Assembly: GCA_022729235.1 (NCBI GenBank)
Contig: JALDAJ010000001.1
Coordinates: forward strand, 640,001 to 704,000
Direction: 5' to 3'
Source: Candidatus Nanohalarchaeota archaeon
GTDB lineage: Archaea; Nanohalarchaeota; Nanosalinia; Nanosalinales; Nanosalinaceae
Length of the DNA stretch: 64,000 bases
Of the stretch, positions 17,340-27,189 are shown piece after piece. The translations under genes and the position numbers were made by a program. How positions within the stretch are numbered: position 1 is the stretch's first letter; the number at the start of each line of letters is the position of its first letter. Under the pieces are notes generated by a model, which saw nothing but the letters and a program-made list of their open reading frames with translations, ran no database searches and was not told where the DNA came from.

Positions 17340-19853
17340 TTACTTCTTAAGCCTGTAGCTCATCGACCCGTTTTTGTTCTCCGCCTTGACTTTGTTCTCC
17401 TTTGCGAGCCAGCCTAATGCCTGGTGCAGAGTATGGTTGTCGATAGTTCCTGGTGTGTGGTCAAGAAGTTTCTGCGCTGTCGCATGACTGTGCTCCTCCA
17501 GGACCTGGTATACCTTTCCTGCGGGCTCGCCTATCATGGATTCGATGCTGAACTCCATGCTTCCGCCGCTGTCTTTACCTTCCTCTGCTTCCGCGACTTT
17601 TACGAGAGTCTCCAGCGCGACGTCGGGTGAGACAGAGATAGCGTCTATACCTGCGTCGACCAGGAGGTCCGCGTAGCCTTCGTGAGTGGAAGGTGCGTCT
17701 CCGCAGATGCCTACGTGGCAGTCCTTGGCGTGCGCCTGGTTCACGAGTTTTCTTATCGACTCCTTTACTGCAGGGTCTCTCTCGTCGAACAGCTCCTTGA
17801 GCCTATCGCTGTTCCGGTCGACTCCTAGAGTTAACTGTGTGAGGTCGTTGGTTCCGATTGAGAAGCCGTCGAATACCTCTGCGAACTCTTTTGCTCTTAT
17901 TATGTTGGCAGGTATCTCAGCCATCACGTAGATGTCTATGTCTCCCTCGTCGAGCCCGTATTCCTTCATCTTCGCCCGGACATTCTTTCCTTCTTCCACT
18001 GTACGGCAGAACGGTACCATGATGGTAAGGTTGTCAAGTTCCAGCTCGTCGATGCAACGCCTCAGTGCCTTGCATTCAAGTTCGAACGCCTTGGAGAACT
18101 GGTCGTCGTAGTATCTTGAGGCGCCTCTCCACCCGAGCATAGGGTTAGCCTCGTCGGGTTCGTAGTCCTCGCCACCTCTCAGCTGTGCGTACTCGTCCGA
18201 CTTGAAGTCTGAAAGGCGTACAACGACCTGGTCAGGGTAGAAAGCAGCCCCGATCTTCCCGATACCGCTTCTCAGCGCTTCCACGTACTCGTCCTCTCTG
18301 TCTTCTTCTATCAGTTTCAGTGGGTGTGCGCCAACGTGTGAGGAGATTATGAACTCTTCTCTCGCGAGTCCAACACCTTCTACAGGTAGTTGCGCGACCT
18401 TGAACGCCTCGCTAGGCTCCCCTACGTTTACCTGTACCTCTGTATCTGTCTCGGGTATCTCATCGAGGTGGTGTTCTTCAACTTCGAACTCGAGTTCTCC
18501 TTTCCATATCTTTCCTGTCGAGGCTGAGCCGTCAACGGTCACTTCTTGACCGTCTTTCAGCTGTGATGTCGCGTTCTCCGTCCCGATAACGGCAGGAACA
18601 CCGAGTTCTCGTGAGACGATAGCGGCGTGACTGGTTCTCCCGCCTTTATTTGTTATTATGGCGCCTGCCTTCTTCATGATAGGTTCCCAGTCAGGGTCGG
18701 TCATGTCGGTTACCAGTACCTCGCCTTCTTCGAACTGGTCTATCTGTTTCGGTGACTCCAGCACGTGTGCTTTTCCGGTACCGATCTTCGAGCCGATAGC
18801 GCTCCCTTCTAGGAGGACCTCGGATTTCTCCGCCATCTTGTATTCTTCTATTACATTTTCGTCCTTCTCGCTCTGCACTGTCTCCGGTCTGGCTTGAACG
18901 ATGTACATCTCCTTGGTCTGACCGTCGAGCACCCACTCGATATCCATCGGCTTTTCATAGTGGTCCTCTATTTTTTCGCCGTACTTCGCGAGTTCTTTCA
19001 CCTGGTTTTCCGTGATGCAGAACTTGTCCCGTTCGTCCTGAGGTACTTTTACAGTTTCGACTTCTTTGTCAGGGTCGTCGCTCCTGATCTCCTTTATCTC
19101 TTTCTCGCCGAGTTTCTTTTCGATTATCCCGAAGTTACGCTTGTATACAGTGAACTCGTCCGGGTTGACCTCGCCCGCGACGACCATGTCTCCCAGACCG
19201 TACGAGCCGTTGATGGTTATAACATCCTCAAAACCTGAGTCAGGGTCGATGGTGAACATGACGCCCGCGGCGCCTATGTCGGATCGACCCATCTTCTGGA
19301 CCACCGCGGAGAGTTTCACGTCGAAGTGTGAGAAATCTTTGTCCTCCCTGTAGGAGATGGCGCGGTTGGTGAAGAGTGATGCGAAGCAGTCCTTGATACG
19401 TTTTATCAGATCCTGTTTCCCGGAAACGCTGAGGTACGTGTCCTGCTGACCTGCGAATGATGCGCCGGGAAGGTCTTCTGCGGTCGCCGATGAGCGTACC
19501 GCGACCTCTGGTTCGTCAACGCCCAGTTTTTCTGCGAGCTCTTCATAGGCTTCTATAAAGTCGTTGCGGAGGTCTTCAGGTATATCTGCCTCTTTGATAT
19601 GCGCTCTTATCTGTTCTCCCCGTCTCTGTAAGTCATTCACGTCGTCCGTATCTAGTCCATCGAGCAGGGTCTCTATCTTGTCTCTAAGGTCTGTCTCCTC
19701 TATAAAATGGTCGTATGCGTCTGCAGTAGTCGCGAAACCGGGTAGGACAGGTACGTCGATTTCATTCTGTAGTTCTCCCAGGTTTGCGCTTTTGCCACCT
19801 ACTCTGTCAGTATCGTTGGAATCTATATCGTTGAACCAGAGGAAGTTTGTCAT
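17340..19853 (-). CDS. ppsA: Phosphoenolpyruvate synthase with C-terminal winged-helix extension
   Basis: VGGKSANLGE, VAVRSSATAEDLPGASFAGQQDT, GGRTSHAAIVSRELG (phospho-His), EANPMLGWRG, FSIGTNDLTQ. Confidence 0.96.
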   Translation of the reverse strand: MTNFLWFNDIDSNDTDRVGGKSANLGELQNEIDVPVLPGFATTADAYDHFIEETDLRDKIETLLDGLDTDDVNDLQRRGEQIRAHIKEADIPEDLRNDFIEAYEELAEKLGVDEPEVAVRSSATAEDLPGASFAGQQDTYLSVSGKQDLIKRIKDCFASLFTNRAISYREDKDFSHFDVKLSAVVQKMGRSDIGAAGVMFTIDPDSGFEDVITINGSYGLGDMVVAGEVNPDEFTVYKRNFGIIEKKLGEKEIKEIRSDDPDKEVETVKVPQDERDKFCITENQVKELAKYGEKIEDHYEKPMDIEWVLDGQTKEMYIVQARPETVQSEKDENVIEEYKMAEKSEVLLEGSAIGSKIGTGKAHVLESPKQIDQFEEGEVLVTDMTDPDWEPIMKKAGAIITNKGGRTSHAAIVSRELGVPAVIGTENATSQLKDGQEVTVDGSASTGKIWKGELEFEVEEHHLDEIPETDTEVQVNVGEPSEAFKVAQLPVEGVGLAREEFIISSHVGAHPLKLIEEDREDEYVEALRSGIGKIGAAFYPDQVVVRLSDFKSDEYAQLRGGEDYEPDEANPMLGWRGASRYYDDQFSKAFELECKALRRCIDELELDNLTIMVPFCRTVEEGKNVRAKMKEYGLDEGDIDIYVMAEIPANIIRAKEFAEVFDGFSIGTNDLTQLTLGVDRNSDRLKELFDERDPAVKESIRKLVNQAHAKDCHVGICGDAPSTHEGYADLLVDAGIDAISVSPDVALETLVKVAEAEEGKDSGGSMEFSIESMIGEPAGKVYQVLEEHSHATAQKLLDHTPGTIDNHTLHQALGWLAKENKVKAENKNGSMSYRLKK

Positions 19854-19961
19854 TGCCAAAGGATTGGCAACCTCTGCATTTAAAAAGAGCGTTGTGAGTG
19901 GTAGGTGGAAATAGGTTTTCCAGTGGAAGAGGATTTTAACGAGCGTCCAGAATTTTTGGTT

Positions 19962-20381
19962 GTGACGAGGAAAGGTCAGGCGGCGATAGAGTACCTTGCG
20001 GTTTTCGGGATAGCTCTTGCGCTATCCGCGCCGTTCATAATCCAGGCACAGGAGACGATGGTGGAGCTGAAGACAGGTTCCGAGGCGATGCAGCTCCATA
20101 ACTCTCTTGAAAAGCTGGAGACGTCGGTGAAAGTGGTTTCCGCCTCCGGAGAGCCCGCAAGGAGGACTTTTGAGATGGAGGTGCCTTCCAACGTGGTGTC
20201 TGCGGAGATACAGGGTACAGGAGTGGTTTACAGAGTGGACAGCCCCTCTGGGGAGTCTGATATAATCGTTGATACCGGGACCGAGTTCCACGAGGACAGT
20301 GAGGTGCCTGAGAGCCAGGGAAGCCATACTATGAGGGCTTACATGGACGGTGATGAGGCGGTGCTCGAGGTGGTATCCTAG
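19962..20381 (+). CDS. Class III signal peptide protein (minor type IV pilin)
   Basis: RKG/QAAIEY followed by a hydrophobic helix; GTG start at 19962 inferred. Confidence 0.8.
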   Translation: MTRKGQAAIEYLAVFGIALALSAPFIIQAQETMVELKTGSEAMQLHNSLEKLETSVKVVSASGEPARRTFEMEVPSNVVSAEIQGTGVVYRVDSPSGESDIIVDTGTEFHEDSEVPESQGSHTMRAYMDGDEAVLEVVS

Positions 20382-20782
20382 TGATTAAGGGTCAGAGTTC
20401 GCTGGAGTTCCTGAGTTATGTTGCGATTTCCGGGCTTATACTGGCTATCTTGCATGGTGTGATGGTGGACCGGCAGGGAGATGCTGCCCAGTACCAGGTG
20501 GAAAGGAATGCTGATCAGGTGCTTGAGAAAGTTTCCTTTGAAGTGGAAATGGCTCTCGTGCAGGGAGAAGGATATTCCCGTGTATTCACACTGCCGGACA
20601 GTATAGCTGGTCATGACTACGAGGTCAGGCTAGCCGACGGGATGGCTGTACTTGAGTATGGGGGGGAAACAGTGCGGGGTTCGAGCCGTTACAGCGGGGA
20701 GGAGATAGGTGTACAGACTGATGATACAAACGTTTTCCGGGTGGTTAATGATGAGGGTGAGATCAGTCTTGAGGAAGGGTAA
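20381..20782 (+). CDS. Class III signal peptide protein (minor type IV pilin)
   Basis: MIKG/QSSLEF plus hydrophobic helix. Confidence 0.82.
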   Translation: MIKGQSSLEFLSYVAISGLILAILHGVMVDRQGDAAQYQVERNADQVLEKVSFEVEMALVQGEGYSRVFTLPDSIAGHDYEVRLADGMAVLEYGGETVRGSSRYSGEEIGVQTDDTNVFRVVNDEGEISLEEG

Positions 20783-21278
20783 AGGTCAGAGCTTCATGCC
20801 TGATTTCCTGGCGAGCATAGTTATTTTCAGCCTGGTTATCACTATTTTTCTCTCGTCATGGAGCAGTGTGGTTTCTCATCACGGGGAGGCGGAGGTGGAG
20901 TCCCTGTTGATGCAGGCAGACCACACGTCAACTTTCCTGGTTACAACGCCGGGTTACCCGGAGGACTGGGATAGAGATAACGTTGAGATAGTAGGTTTTG
21001 CTGAGGAGGAAAATATACTGGATTTAGAGAAGATACAGGAGTTCGGGGAGATAGACTACGGGGAGCAGAGGCGTTTGATGCGGGCAAGGGATTTTTATCT
21101 TGAGTTCGAGAACAGCTCCTCGGAGGAAAGGGAGATCCTGGAGATTAACGGCGAAGAACTCTTTTACGGCGAAGACTTTGACGACCCTGATTTTGTTTAT
21201 CCTGTGAAGAGAACTGTTAAAATCGATGATTCCGGTGACCTGTACGAGGCGGAGATGAACTACGTGATTTACCGATGA
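20769..21278 (+). CDS. Class III signal peptide protein (minor type IV pilin)
   Basis: KGKG/QSFMPDF plus hydrophobic helix, 'TPGYPEDW'; TTG start inferred after a GAGGGTGA SD. Confidence 0.75.
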   Translation: MRKGKGQSFMPDFLASIVIFSLVITIFLSSWSSVVSHHGEAEVESLLMQADHTSTFLVTTPGYPEDWDRDNVEIVGFAEEENILDLEKIQEFGEIDYGEQRRLMRARDFYLEFENSSSEEREILEINGEELFYGEDFDDPDFVYPVKRTVKIDDSGDLYEAEMNYVIYR

Positions 21279-23188
21279 AAAAGGGATTCTACTTTTCATT
21301 TGATGCATTGATGGCGTTGACAGTGCTGAGCATATCTCTTGTCGTTGTGACTCAGTCCGGCAGTATCACGTTTGATGATTACAGGGCAGGGGAGGTTGCT
21401 TACCACCAGTCCTCAACCTCAGGACAGGACGCGATGAGGCTTGCCTCCCGCGAAAGCTTCCAGGTCTACAATGAAAGTTTCCAGCAGGAGCTTGTAGCGG
21501 AAACAGTTATGGAGGAGGAAGACCTCGACAGGACTGTGCTGGACGGAGTCTCCCTTCTCTGGGCAGCGAGAAACATAACACACGCGAGGACCGCTGCTAA
21601 GACATATTTCTCGGACAAACTTGACTCAGAGTTCCGGCTGGAAGTGACTGAAGGAGTTAACGCGACCGAGATATACCAGACGTCGGAAGATCTTGAAGAT
21701 GCGGAGACAGTTTCAAGTTCGACTCGCTTGGTTTCAGGTCACAGTATCGACCGGCCGAGCGAGGGTTTCCAGGCGCGCGCCAGGGCGGTTGAGGCAGTTA
21801 CCAATCAGACCAAGATAGTTGACATCCCGATGATGGGTAGCGGTGGCTACACTAACACGCTAGAGGTTGACAGGGATTTCTATGTGCCTGCGCAGGAAGG
21901 TAAGATCGACGAAGCTGAGATGTATATATCGATGCAGTGGGGGGAGAGCCACTTCAACTCGGCGACCTTGGAAATAAACGGTGAGACTGCGATAGAGGAA
22001 GATGATATGTCAGTGGAGGATGATGATAAGGCTCACTACGGTTTCGGTAAAGTCGATGTGACTGATTACGTGGAGGAAGGCTGGAACCATTTCAATCTCG
22101 TCTTCCCAAACCAGGACTCCCAAAACGATTACCACGCACACATACAGCCGGGGACAAGGATAGAGGTGGTCTACACCCAGGATACCGAAAAGGTCAAGTC
22201 GCGTGACTGGGAATACCTTACAGATGTTCGGGGGGAGGCAACTAATGTTAATCATAAAGGAGGAGTGTGGTACAACTATCCGCTACAGGTTCCCGGGGAT
22301 GGGGATGTAGGAGAGGCGGTACTTGAACTTGATATAAGGAATCTTCAGGACCAGAGCGACGATGATCTGCAGGTCTTCGTGAATGATGAGCAGATCGTTG
22401 AAAAATCAGCTGAAGAGGTAGATGATGTTGAGGTAATAGAGTTTCAGGATTACCTGGAGCCGAAGACAAATGTTCTATCAATCTACGGGAATGTAGAGCT
22501 TGAAGACGGCAGGATAGAAGACTTCACTCATGAAGGAGATGAAGACCCGAGGATTTACTCTGATCCGATAGAGGAAGAAGGATCTAGAGTAAAAGTTGAC
22601 TTTGAGTCGCCCGGTGAGGAGCTGGAGTTCGGTCTTATAGATATACGTTGGACGGAGGAGATAGGAGGCGAAATAGAGGAACCGATATCCTTCGGGCAGA
22701 ACCCGGCATATTTCAACCAGACATATGATGAAGAGTTCGAGATAATCAACTCGTTCCTGAACGTGGCGCAGCTCAACAGTATCAATGTCACCCACACCGC
22801 GGGTATAGACGAGCATGAAACGATATTCGAATCTCCGCGGACTTACGCCACCCCTTCAAGAATCGAGACCGGAGAGGAACTGGTGGCAGGCGGTGAAACC
22901 ACGGAGTACTGGTTCCAGGATGAATGCTTCGATGGGGAGCAGAGAGACCACTGCGATATTCTTCCGGAGTCAGGTCTGGAGGTCGAGATAGGTTTGCCTT
23001 CACAGGTCGGCTACGGCAGACTGTTCGATAACAGATCTTCGGCAGTTGACGATGCAGAAAGAAGGCTTGAGGAACAGCTCGGGCAGTTCGCAGAGGCGAC
23101 TGACATCGAGGACGACACATTGTCCACCGGGGGACAGCCGTACCTATGGGGTCCTGCAACGGTAAGGCTGGTGATATGGGATGAGTAG
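21275..23188 (+). CDS. Large class III signal peptide protein (putative pilus tip adhesin)
   Basis: MKKG/FYFSFDA plus hydrophobic helix; 637 aa, beta-rich; C-terminal 'VRLVIW'. Confidence 0.75.
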   Translation: MKKGFYFSFDALMALTVLSISLVVVTQSGSITFDDYRAGEVAYHQSSTSGQDAMRLASRESFQVYNESFQQELVAETVMEEEDLDRTVLDGVSLLWAARNITHARTAAKTYFSDKLDSEFRLEVTEGVNATEIYQTSEDLEDAETVSSSTRLVSGHSIDRPSEGFQARARAVEAVTNQTKIVDIPMMGSGGYTNTLEVDRDFYVPAQEGKIDEAEMYISMQWGESHFNSATLEINGETAIEEDDMSVEDDDKAHYGFGKVDVTDYVEEGWNHFNLVFPNQDSQNDYHAHIQPGTRIEVVYTQDTEKVKSRDWEYLTDVRGEATNVNHKGGVWYNYPLQVPGDGDVGEAVLELDIRNLQDQSDDDLQVFVNDEQIVEKSAEEVDDVEVIEFQDYLEPKTNVLSIYGNVELEDGRIEDFTHEGDEDPRIYSDPIEEEGSRVKVDFESPGEELEFGLIDIRWTEEIGGEIEEPISFGQNPAYFNQTYDEEFEIINSFLNVAQLNSINVTHTAGIDEHETIFESPRTYATPSRIETGEELVAGGETTEYWFQDECFDGEQRDHCDILPESGLEVEIGLPSQVGYGRLFDNRSSAVDDAERRLEEQLGQFAEATDIEDDTLSTGGQPYLWGPATVRLVIWDE

Positions 23189-23236
23189 GTTTGCGCACCA
23201 AAGCTATTTGCAGAAATCACCTGTAGGTGATTTCAA

Positions 23237-24418
23237 ATGAAAGGAATGATTTACACGACGTTTGCGATTCTCGCTGCCTCACTGATTTTCTTTATGGCAG
23301 CGCTTCCTATGACGTCCACGGTTGACATAGATACTTCGGAGGCGATAAGGATAGGAGAGGCTTCCTTCTACCTGGACAGTGTACTGGAAGATGTGGAGAG
23401 GAGTACAGGGATAGCTGTTCGTAGAGGTTTGACGGGAGCGTCCAACTATATAATCGGGACTGGGGAGCCGTTGGATGATGCAGAAGATGATCTTACCGAG
23501 GCTATAGTGAACGGTTCCATAAACGGTGTGGAGCTTAATGCTACGGAGAACGCATCTCTTGGGGAATGGGGTGACAGAGTTGAGAACATGACAGAGGAGG
23601 CAGGATACCGGCTTGAGATGAGGGTTTCTGATTACAGCTTTGATTCCTCCGGGTTCCATGTCGAGACATCGAAGCAGCTTGAGGCTAGGCTGGAGGATCC
23701 TGTGACCCTGGCATCTTTCAACAGGTCAGTGTCTGTCGATGTGGATGCGGAGGTCAAAGGAGTTGAAGACCCGATGCTGCTTCTGCGGTCTGCAGGCAGG
23801 TATACTACGTCTATTAACTACTGTGGATTTGATGAACCGGCGAACTATCTAGATACTGGCAGCAGTCATAACTCTCCGTCGGTTCTTGGTGAAGCTGTGG
23901 TGGAACCGGGTAGTAGCCTTGAAGAGGTCGAGGACAGGAATGACAAGATTCTCGTAGTTGAGGATGTAGACGGGGAGGACGAGAGCGAGGTCGAAGAGTT
24001 CAGGGGCGTGGTTTCGTACCAGTCCGCTGATCCTGTGGACACGGGATACGTATATGGTATAGATGACCTGGGTATCGGGACAGGACAGGATCTTATCCTT
24101 TACGGTAACGAGGTATGGGAGTCGAACTTCAGGCAGATGATTTTCCAGGACTGCTACGTACCTGCAGACGCCCCTGGTCTCATGGAGAGGTATGAGAACG
24201 ATCTTACCGAGGTTAATGATGGGATGCTTACTTTTGTGGATGTCGGGTCTTTACCCGATGCTTTGAGGCACGAAGAAACTGCTGTTGGCTACAAGTACTT
24301 CCCGGGCGACGGCGGGGAAGAGCTCAATAATATAGCAGGTGTGACTGACAGGTACAGCTGGTTCCGGCTTGATAATGAGGATGCGGAAAGACTTGGGGTG
24401 CAGGAACTGGTCAAGTGA
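23237..24418 (+). CDS. Class III signal peptide protein (minor pilin-like)
   Basis: MKG/MIYTT plus hydrophobic helix; 'GVEDPML' motif; last gene of the pilin-like operon. Confidence 0.7.
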   Translation: MKGMIYTTFAILAASLIFFMAALPMTSTVDIDTSEAIRIGEASFYLDSVLEDVERSTGIAVRRGLTGASNYIIGTGEPLDDAEDDLTEAIVNGSINGVELNATENASLGEWGDRVENMTEEAGYRLEMRVSDYSFDSSGFHVETSKQLEARLEDPVTLASFNRSVSVDVDAEVKGVEDPMLLLRSAGRYTTSINYCGFDEPANYLDTGSSHNSPSVLGEAVVEPGSSLEEVEDRNDKILVVEDVDGEDESEVEEFRGVVSYQSADPVDTGYVYGIDDLGIGTGQDLILYGNEVWESNFRQMIFQDCYVPADAPGLMERYENDLTEVNDGMLTFVDVGSLPDALRHEETAVGYKYFPGDGGEELNNIAGVTDRYSWFRLDNEDAERLGVQELVK

Positions 24419-24453
24419 TGAGAAGAAAAAGTAAGGAGGGGAAAGAAACGGCT

Positions 24454-24888
24454 TTATGCCATTTCTCCTGTCAGCGTACCTGTCGAGTTAGCTGAATCGA
24501 ATTCGCCTCTCTCATACTGGACTGATATATCGAAGTCGTTACAGGTTCCTTCCTGTGCAGAAAGGTCTGTGATGTCAAACACAGTTGATTCGCCGTTTCC
24601 GAGTTCTTCGTCAAACGTAGTTACTGTATCTCCGACGTAGATGTCCTCTACCATGACCTGTTCACCGGCGTTGTTGGTGACCTCTAGCTGTAGGTATTCT
24701 CCAACTTCAAAGTCGGTTACTGCGACTTCGGTTGCTTCGAATCCGGATGTACCTTCTAGACACTGTCCCTGTACCGTCATGAAGATCGCTCCTCCGACGA
24801 TAGCGACTACTAGAAGCATCCATCCGTAGGTCATCAGGTACTCGATCGCTGACTGTCCTTTTCTTGTGTTGAATGTTTGTTTGCTCAT
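24454..24888 (-). CDS. Archaeal type IV pilin (candidate major pilin)
   Basis: RKG/QSAIEYLMTYGWMLLVVAIVGG signature; Cys pair. Confidence 0.88.
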   Translation of the reverse strand: MSKQTFNTRKGQSAIEYLMTYGWMLLVVAIVGGAIFMTVQGQCLEGTSGFEATEVAVTDFEVGEYLQLEVTNNAGEQVMVEDIYVGDTVTTFDEELGNGESTVFDITDLSAQEGTCNDFDISVQYERGEFDSANSTGTLTGEMA

Positions 24889-24957
24889 CAGGTTTTACAC
24901 CTGGGAATCTATGCGATAATTGGCTTGTCCGTTATAAAAAGCCTTTTATCAGGGTTT

Positions 24958-25938
24958 TCAGGTGAAACCTCCCATAAGCGATGCTATACCGCCCTTTATG
25001 ATGAAGAAGAGTATCAGTGAGACTGTAATCATGACTGGTATGTACTTCGCTCCTTCTTTGACGTTCGCGTTCTTTATCTCGGAGATAATCAGCGCTGCAA
25101 AGAAGTTGATGACTATTATAGCTATTATAGAGAACTGTTCGAAGAACGCAGTTTCTACCTGCGGTTCCTGGAATGTGAGCCCGAGTTCTCCGCCTGTCTG
25201 CATCTCGCCGATATCGGTGTCGTCCCACATATCTGCGGTTGTTTCTGACATGTAGACGCTGATTGAGAAGAGTAGTGGTGCTCCGACTACTGCAGCCATC
25301 AGTATGAACATGACGTACATCTTGATGTTCGAGTTGATTTCCTGCCGGAGTTCCATAGAGTTTCTTATGTCGTCCGCACTTGATTCCAGGAGTTTAGCTG
25401 TGTTCCCTCCTGATTCCAGCCCGTCGACCAGGAGTTTGATGGTTTCCTTGAACAGTCCGGATTTGACCCGTGACTCCATTTCTCCCAGCGCTTCTTCCAC
25501 TGGTTTACCCCCGAACATCTCCATCGCGGTCTGCCTGAGTTCCTCTGCTAGAGGTCCGAACTCGTCTCTTGCGCTTAAAAGGAATGCTTTTTCGATGTTC
25601 AGCCCGGATTTCATGTTGGCGCTTATCAGCAGTAACGCATCGGGTAGGACATTTTCCATTTCTTTTTTACGGCGTTCAGCGGCGATAGATATTATCACGT
25701 ACGGTATCAGTGGTGGGGCGGTTACCAGGGAGAGTACCAGGAGAACTGACCTCCATACAAGGCTGTAAGGCAGAAGTAAAGCAGTTAGTATCACGGCTAC
25801 GGAAACTGCTGCCATCCCGTTTATCACTAATTTTTCCGGGTTCTGAATGTCTGCGTATACCGCCTCCTGTTCTACTTTTTCTCGGTATACCTCTGGCAGT
25901 TTTTCGTACAACCCTTTGATACTTATGGCGGTTTTCAT
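24958..25938 (-). CDS. Type II secretion system F / TadC-like pilus platform protein
   Basis: 'LPDALLLISANMKSG', 'EFGPLAEE', 'ESGG', multiple TM helices. Confidence 0.9.
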   Translation of the reverse strand: MKTAISIKGLYEKLPEVYREKVEQEAVYADIQNPEKLVINGMAAVSVAVILTALLLPYSLVWRSVLLVLSLVTAPPLIPYVIISIAAERRKKEMENVLPDALLLISANMKSGLNIEKAFLLSARDEFGPLAEELRQTAMEMFGGKPVEEALGEMESRVKSGLFKETIKLLVDGLESGGNTAKLLESSADDIRNSMELRQEINSNIKMYVMFILMAAVVGAPLLFSISVYMSETTADMWDDTDIGEMQTGGELGLTFQEPQVETAFFEQFSIIAIIVINFFAALIISEIKNANVKEGAKYIPVMITVSLILFFIIKGGIASLMGGFT

Positions 25939-26789
25939 GTCTTAACCTCCGGTCTTTTCGATTTAACGAAGTTCAGGAAAACTAGCTGGAAGAGTATAAG
26001 CCCTCCTATTATCTGGTAGAATGTGAACTTGCCGAGTCCTACGCCTGTGAATGTTGAGAGGACTATCAGGAAGGTAACACCCAGTGAAGGGACGATTACT
26101 GCTACCATGAGGTATACGAGTACGTAGGGATTTAGCTCCTTCCCGTATCTTTTGACATCCAGCTTCTGCTGTTTCACCATCGAGTCTACCAGCGACTCCA
26201 GTGTATTCGAGATATCGGTACCGGATTTAAGTGCGTTGATCATCTGCCACATCGCCCTGCGGTACTGCTGGGAGGGGTTCCTGACTATTGAGTCTTCCAG
26301 CGCCTGTATCTGTGGCTTTCCGCCGTTGATGTCTTTTACGATGAGGTTGAACTCTTTCGATGCTTCCCCGTAGTCTTCACTGACAGATACCATCGCCTCG
26401 TAAAGTGATATACCGGATCGTACCTCTATCAGCATGTGCCTCAGTGCGTAGGGAAGGTCTTTTTCGAGCTCCCTTGATCGGCGTTTCGCCTTGATTTTAG
26501 GGTAGTTAGCGAATGTCAGGAATCCGAAGAAGCTTACCAGTGGAAACCCTGCGATGGACAGGAATGCTATCTGGAGTTCTTCAGTTACGATGCCGAAGAG
26601 AGCCATAGATAGTGATAAAACCAGTCCGACCTGCATACCCCGGAGTACGGCAGAAGCCAGGAACCTGTCCGGGTCTGTATCCATCCTGGCGCGTGTCAAA
26701 TCCCGCTGTATGTTTGGGACAAGCTTTTTCGCCTTCTCTGCAACCGGTAGCAGTGGCTTTAAAACTCTCTCTGAGGTTTCGAACCTCAT
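25935..26789 (-). CDS. Type II secretion system F / TadB-C-like pilus platform protein
   Basis: 'LPYALRHMLIEVRSG', 'YGEASKEF', TM helices; start moved to ATG 26789. Confidence 0.9.
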   Translation of the reverse strand: MRFETSERVLKPLLPVAEKAKKLVPNIQRDLTRARMDTDPDRFLASAVLRGMQVGLVLSLSMALFGIVTEELQIAFLSIAGFPLVSFFGFLTFANYPKIKAKRRSRELEKDLPYALRHMLIEVRSGISLYEAMVSVSEDYGEASKEFNLIVKDINGGKPQIQALEDSIVRNPSQQYRRAMWQMINALKSGTDISNTLESLVDSMVKQQKLDVKRYGKELNPYVLVYLMVAVIVPSLGVTFLIVLSTFTGVGLGKFTFYQIIGGLILFQLVFLNFVKSKRPEVKT

Positions 26790-26868
26790 GCCTAGGGTTT
26801 TCGCGGGATTAAATAAAAAGGGAAAAGTCGCCGTGCTATTTTTATAGAGGAAGAACAAGAGTTTACCT

Positions 26869-27189
26869 ATGGAAACATTTGGACTGTTCCTGAACTTTCT
26901 GACCCTTCTGCTATCGCTTTCATGTTTGGTTTTGATTTACCTGGCGATAGACCGGTGCAGGGAGTCTGAATTTGTCCCGCTTTACTATTTCATAGCCTTG
27001 AGCGCGGGTGGTGTAATGGCGCTGTCGGTTGCGAGGGTAGAAGCAATTTTCTGGGGTAATGGAATAGTTCTCTCGTCATCGCTTCTACAGGATCTTTTGA
27101 TATCGTACGTGGCGCTTTTCATCTTCGGTTCGATATGGCAGAGCCATGAGGCAGAGCTGTGTATGATCCCTCTTTTAGGGGAAGAATAA
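26869..27189 (+). CDS. Small three-TM membrane protein
   Basis: 106-aa hydrophobic ORF filling the gap between the platform and ATPase genes on the opposite strand. Confidence 0.55.
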   Translation: METFGLFLNFLTLLLSLSCLVLIYLAIDRCRESEFVPLYYFIALSAGGVMALSVARVEAIFWGNGIVLSSSLLQDLLISYVALFIFGSIWQSHEAELCMIPLLGEE

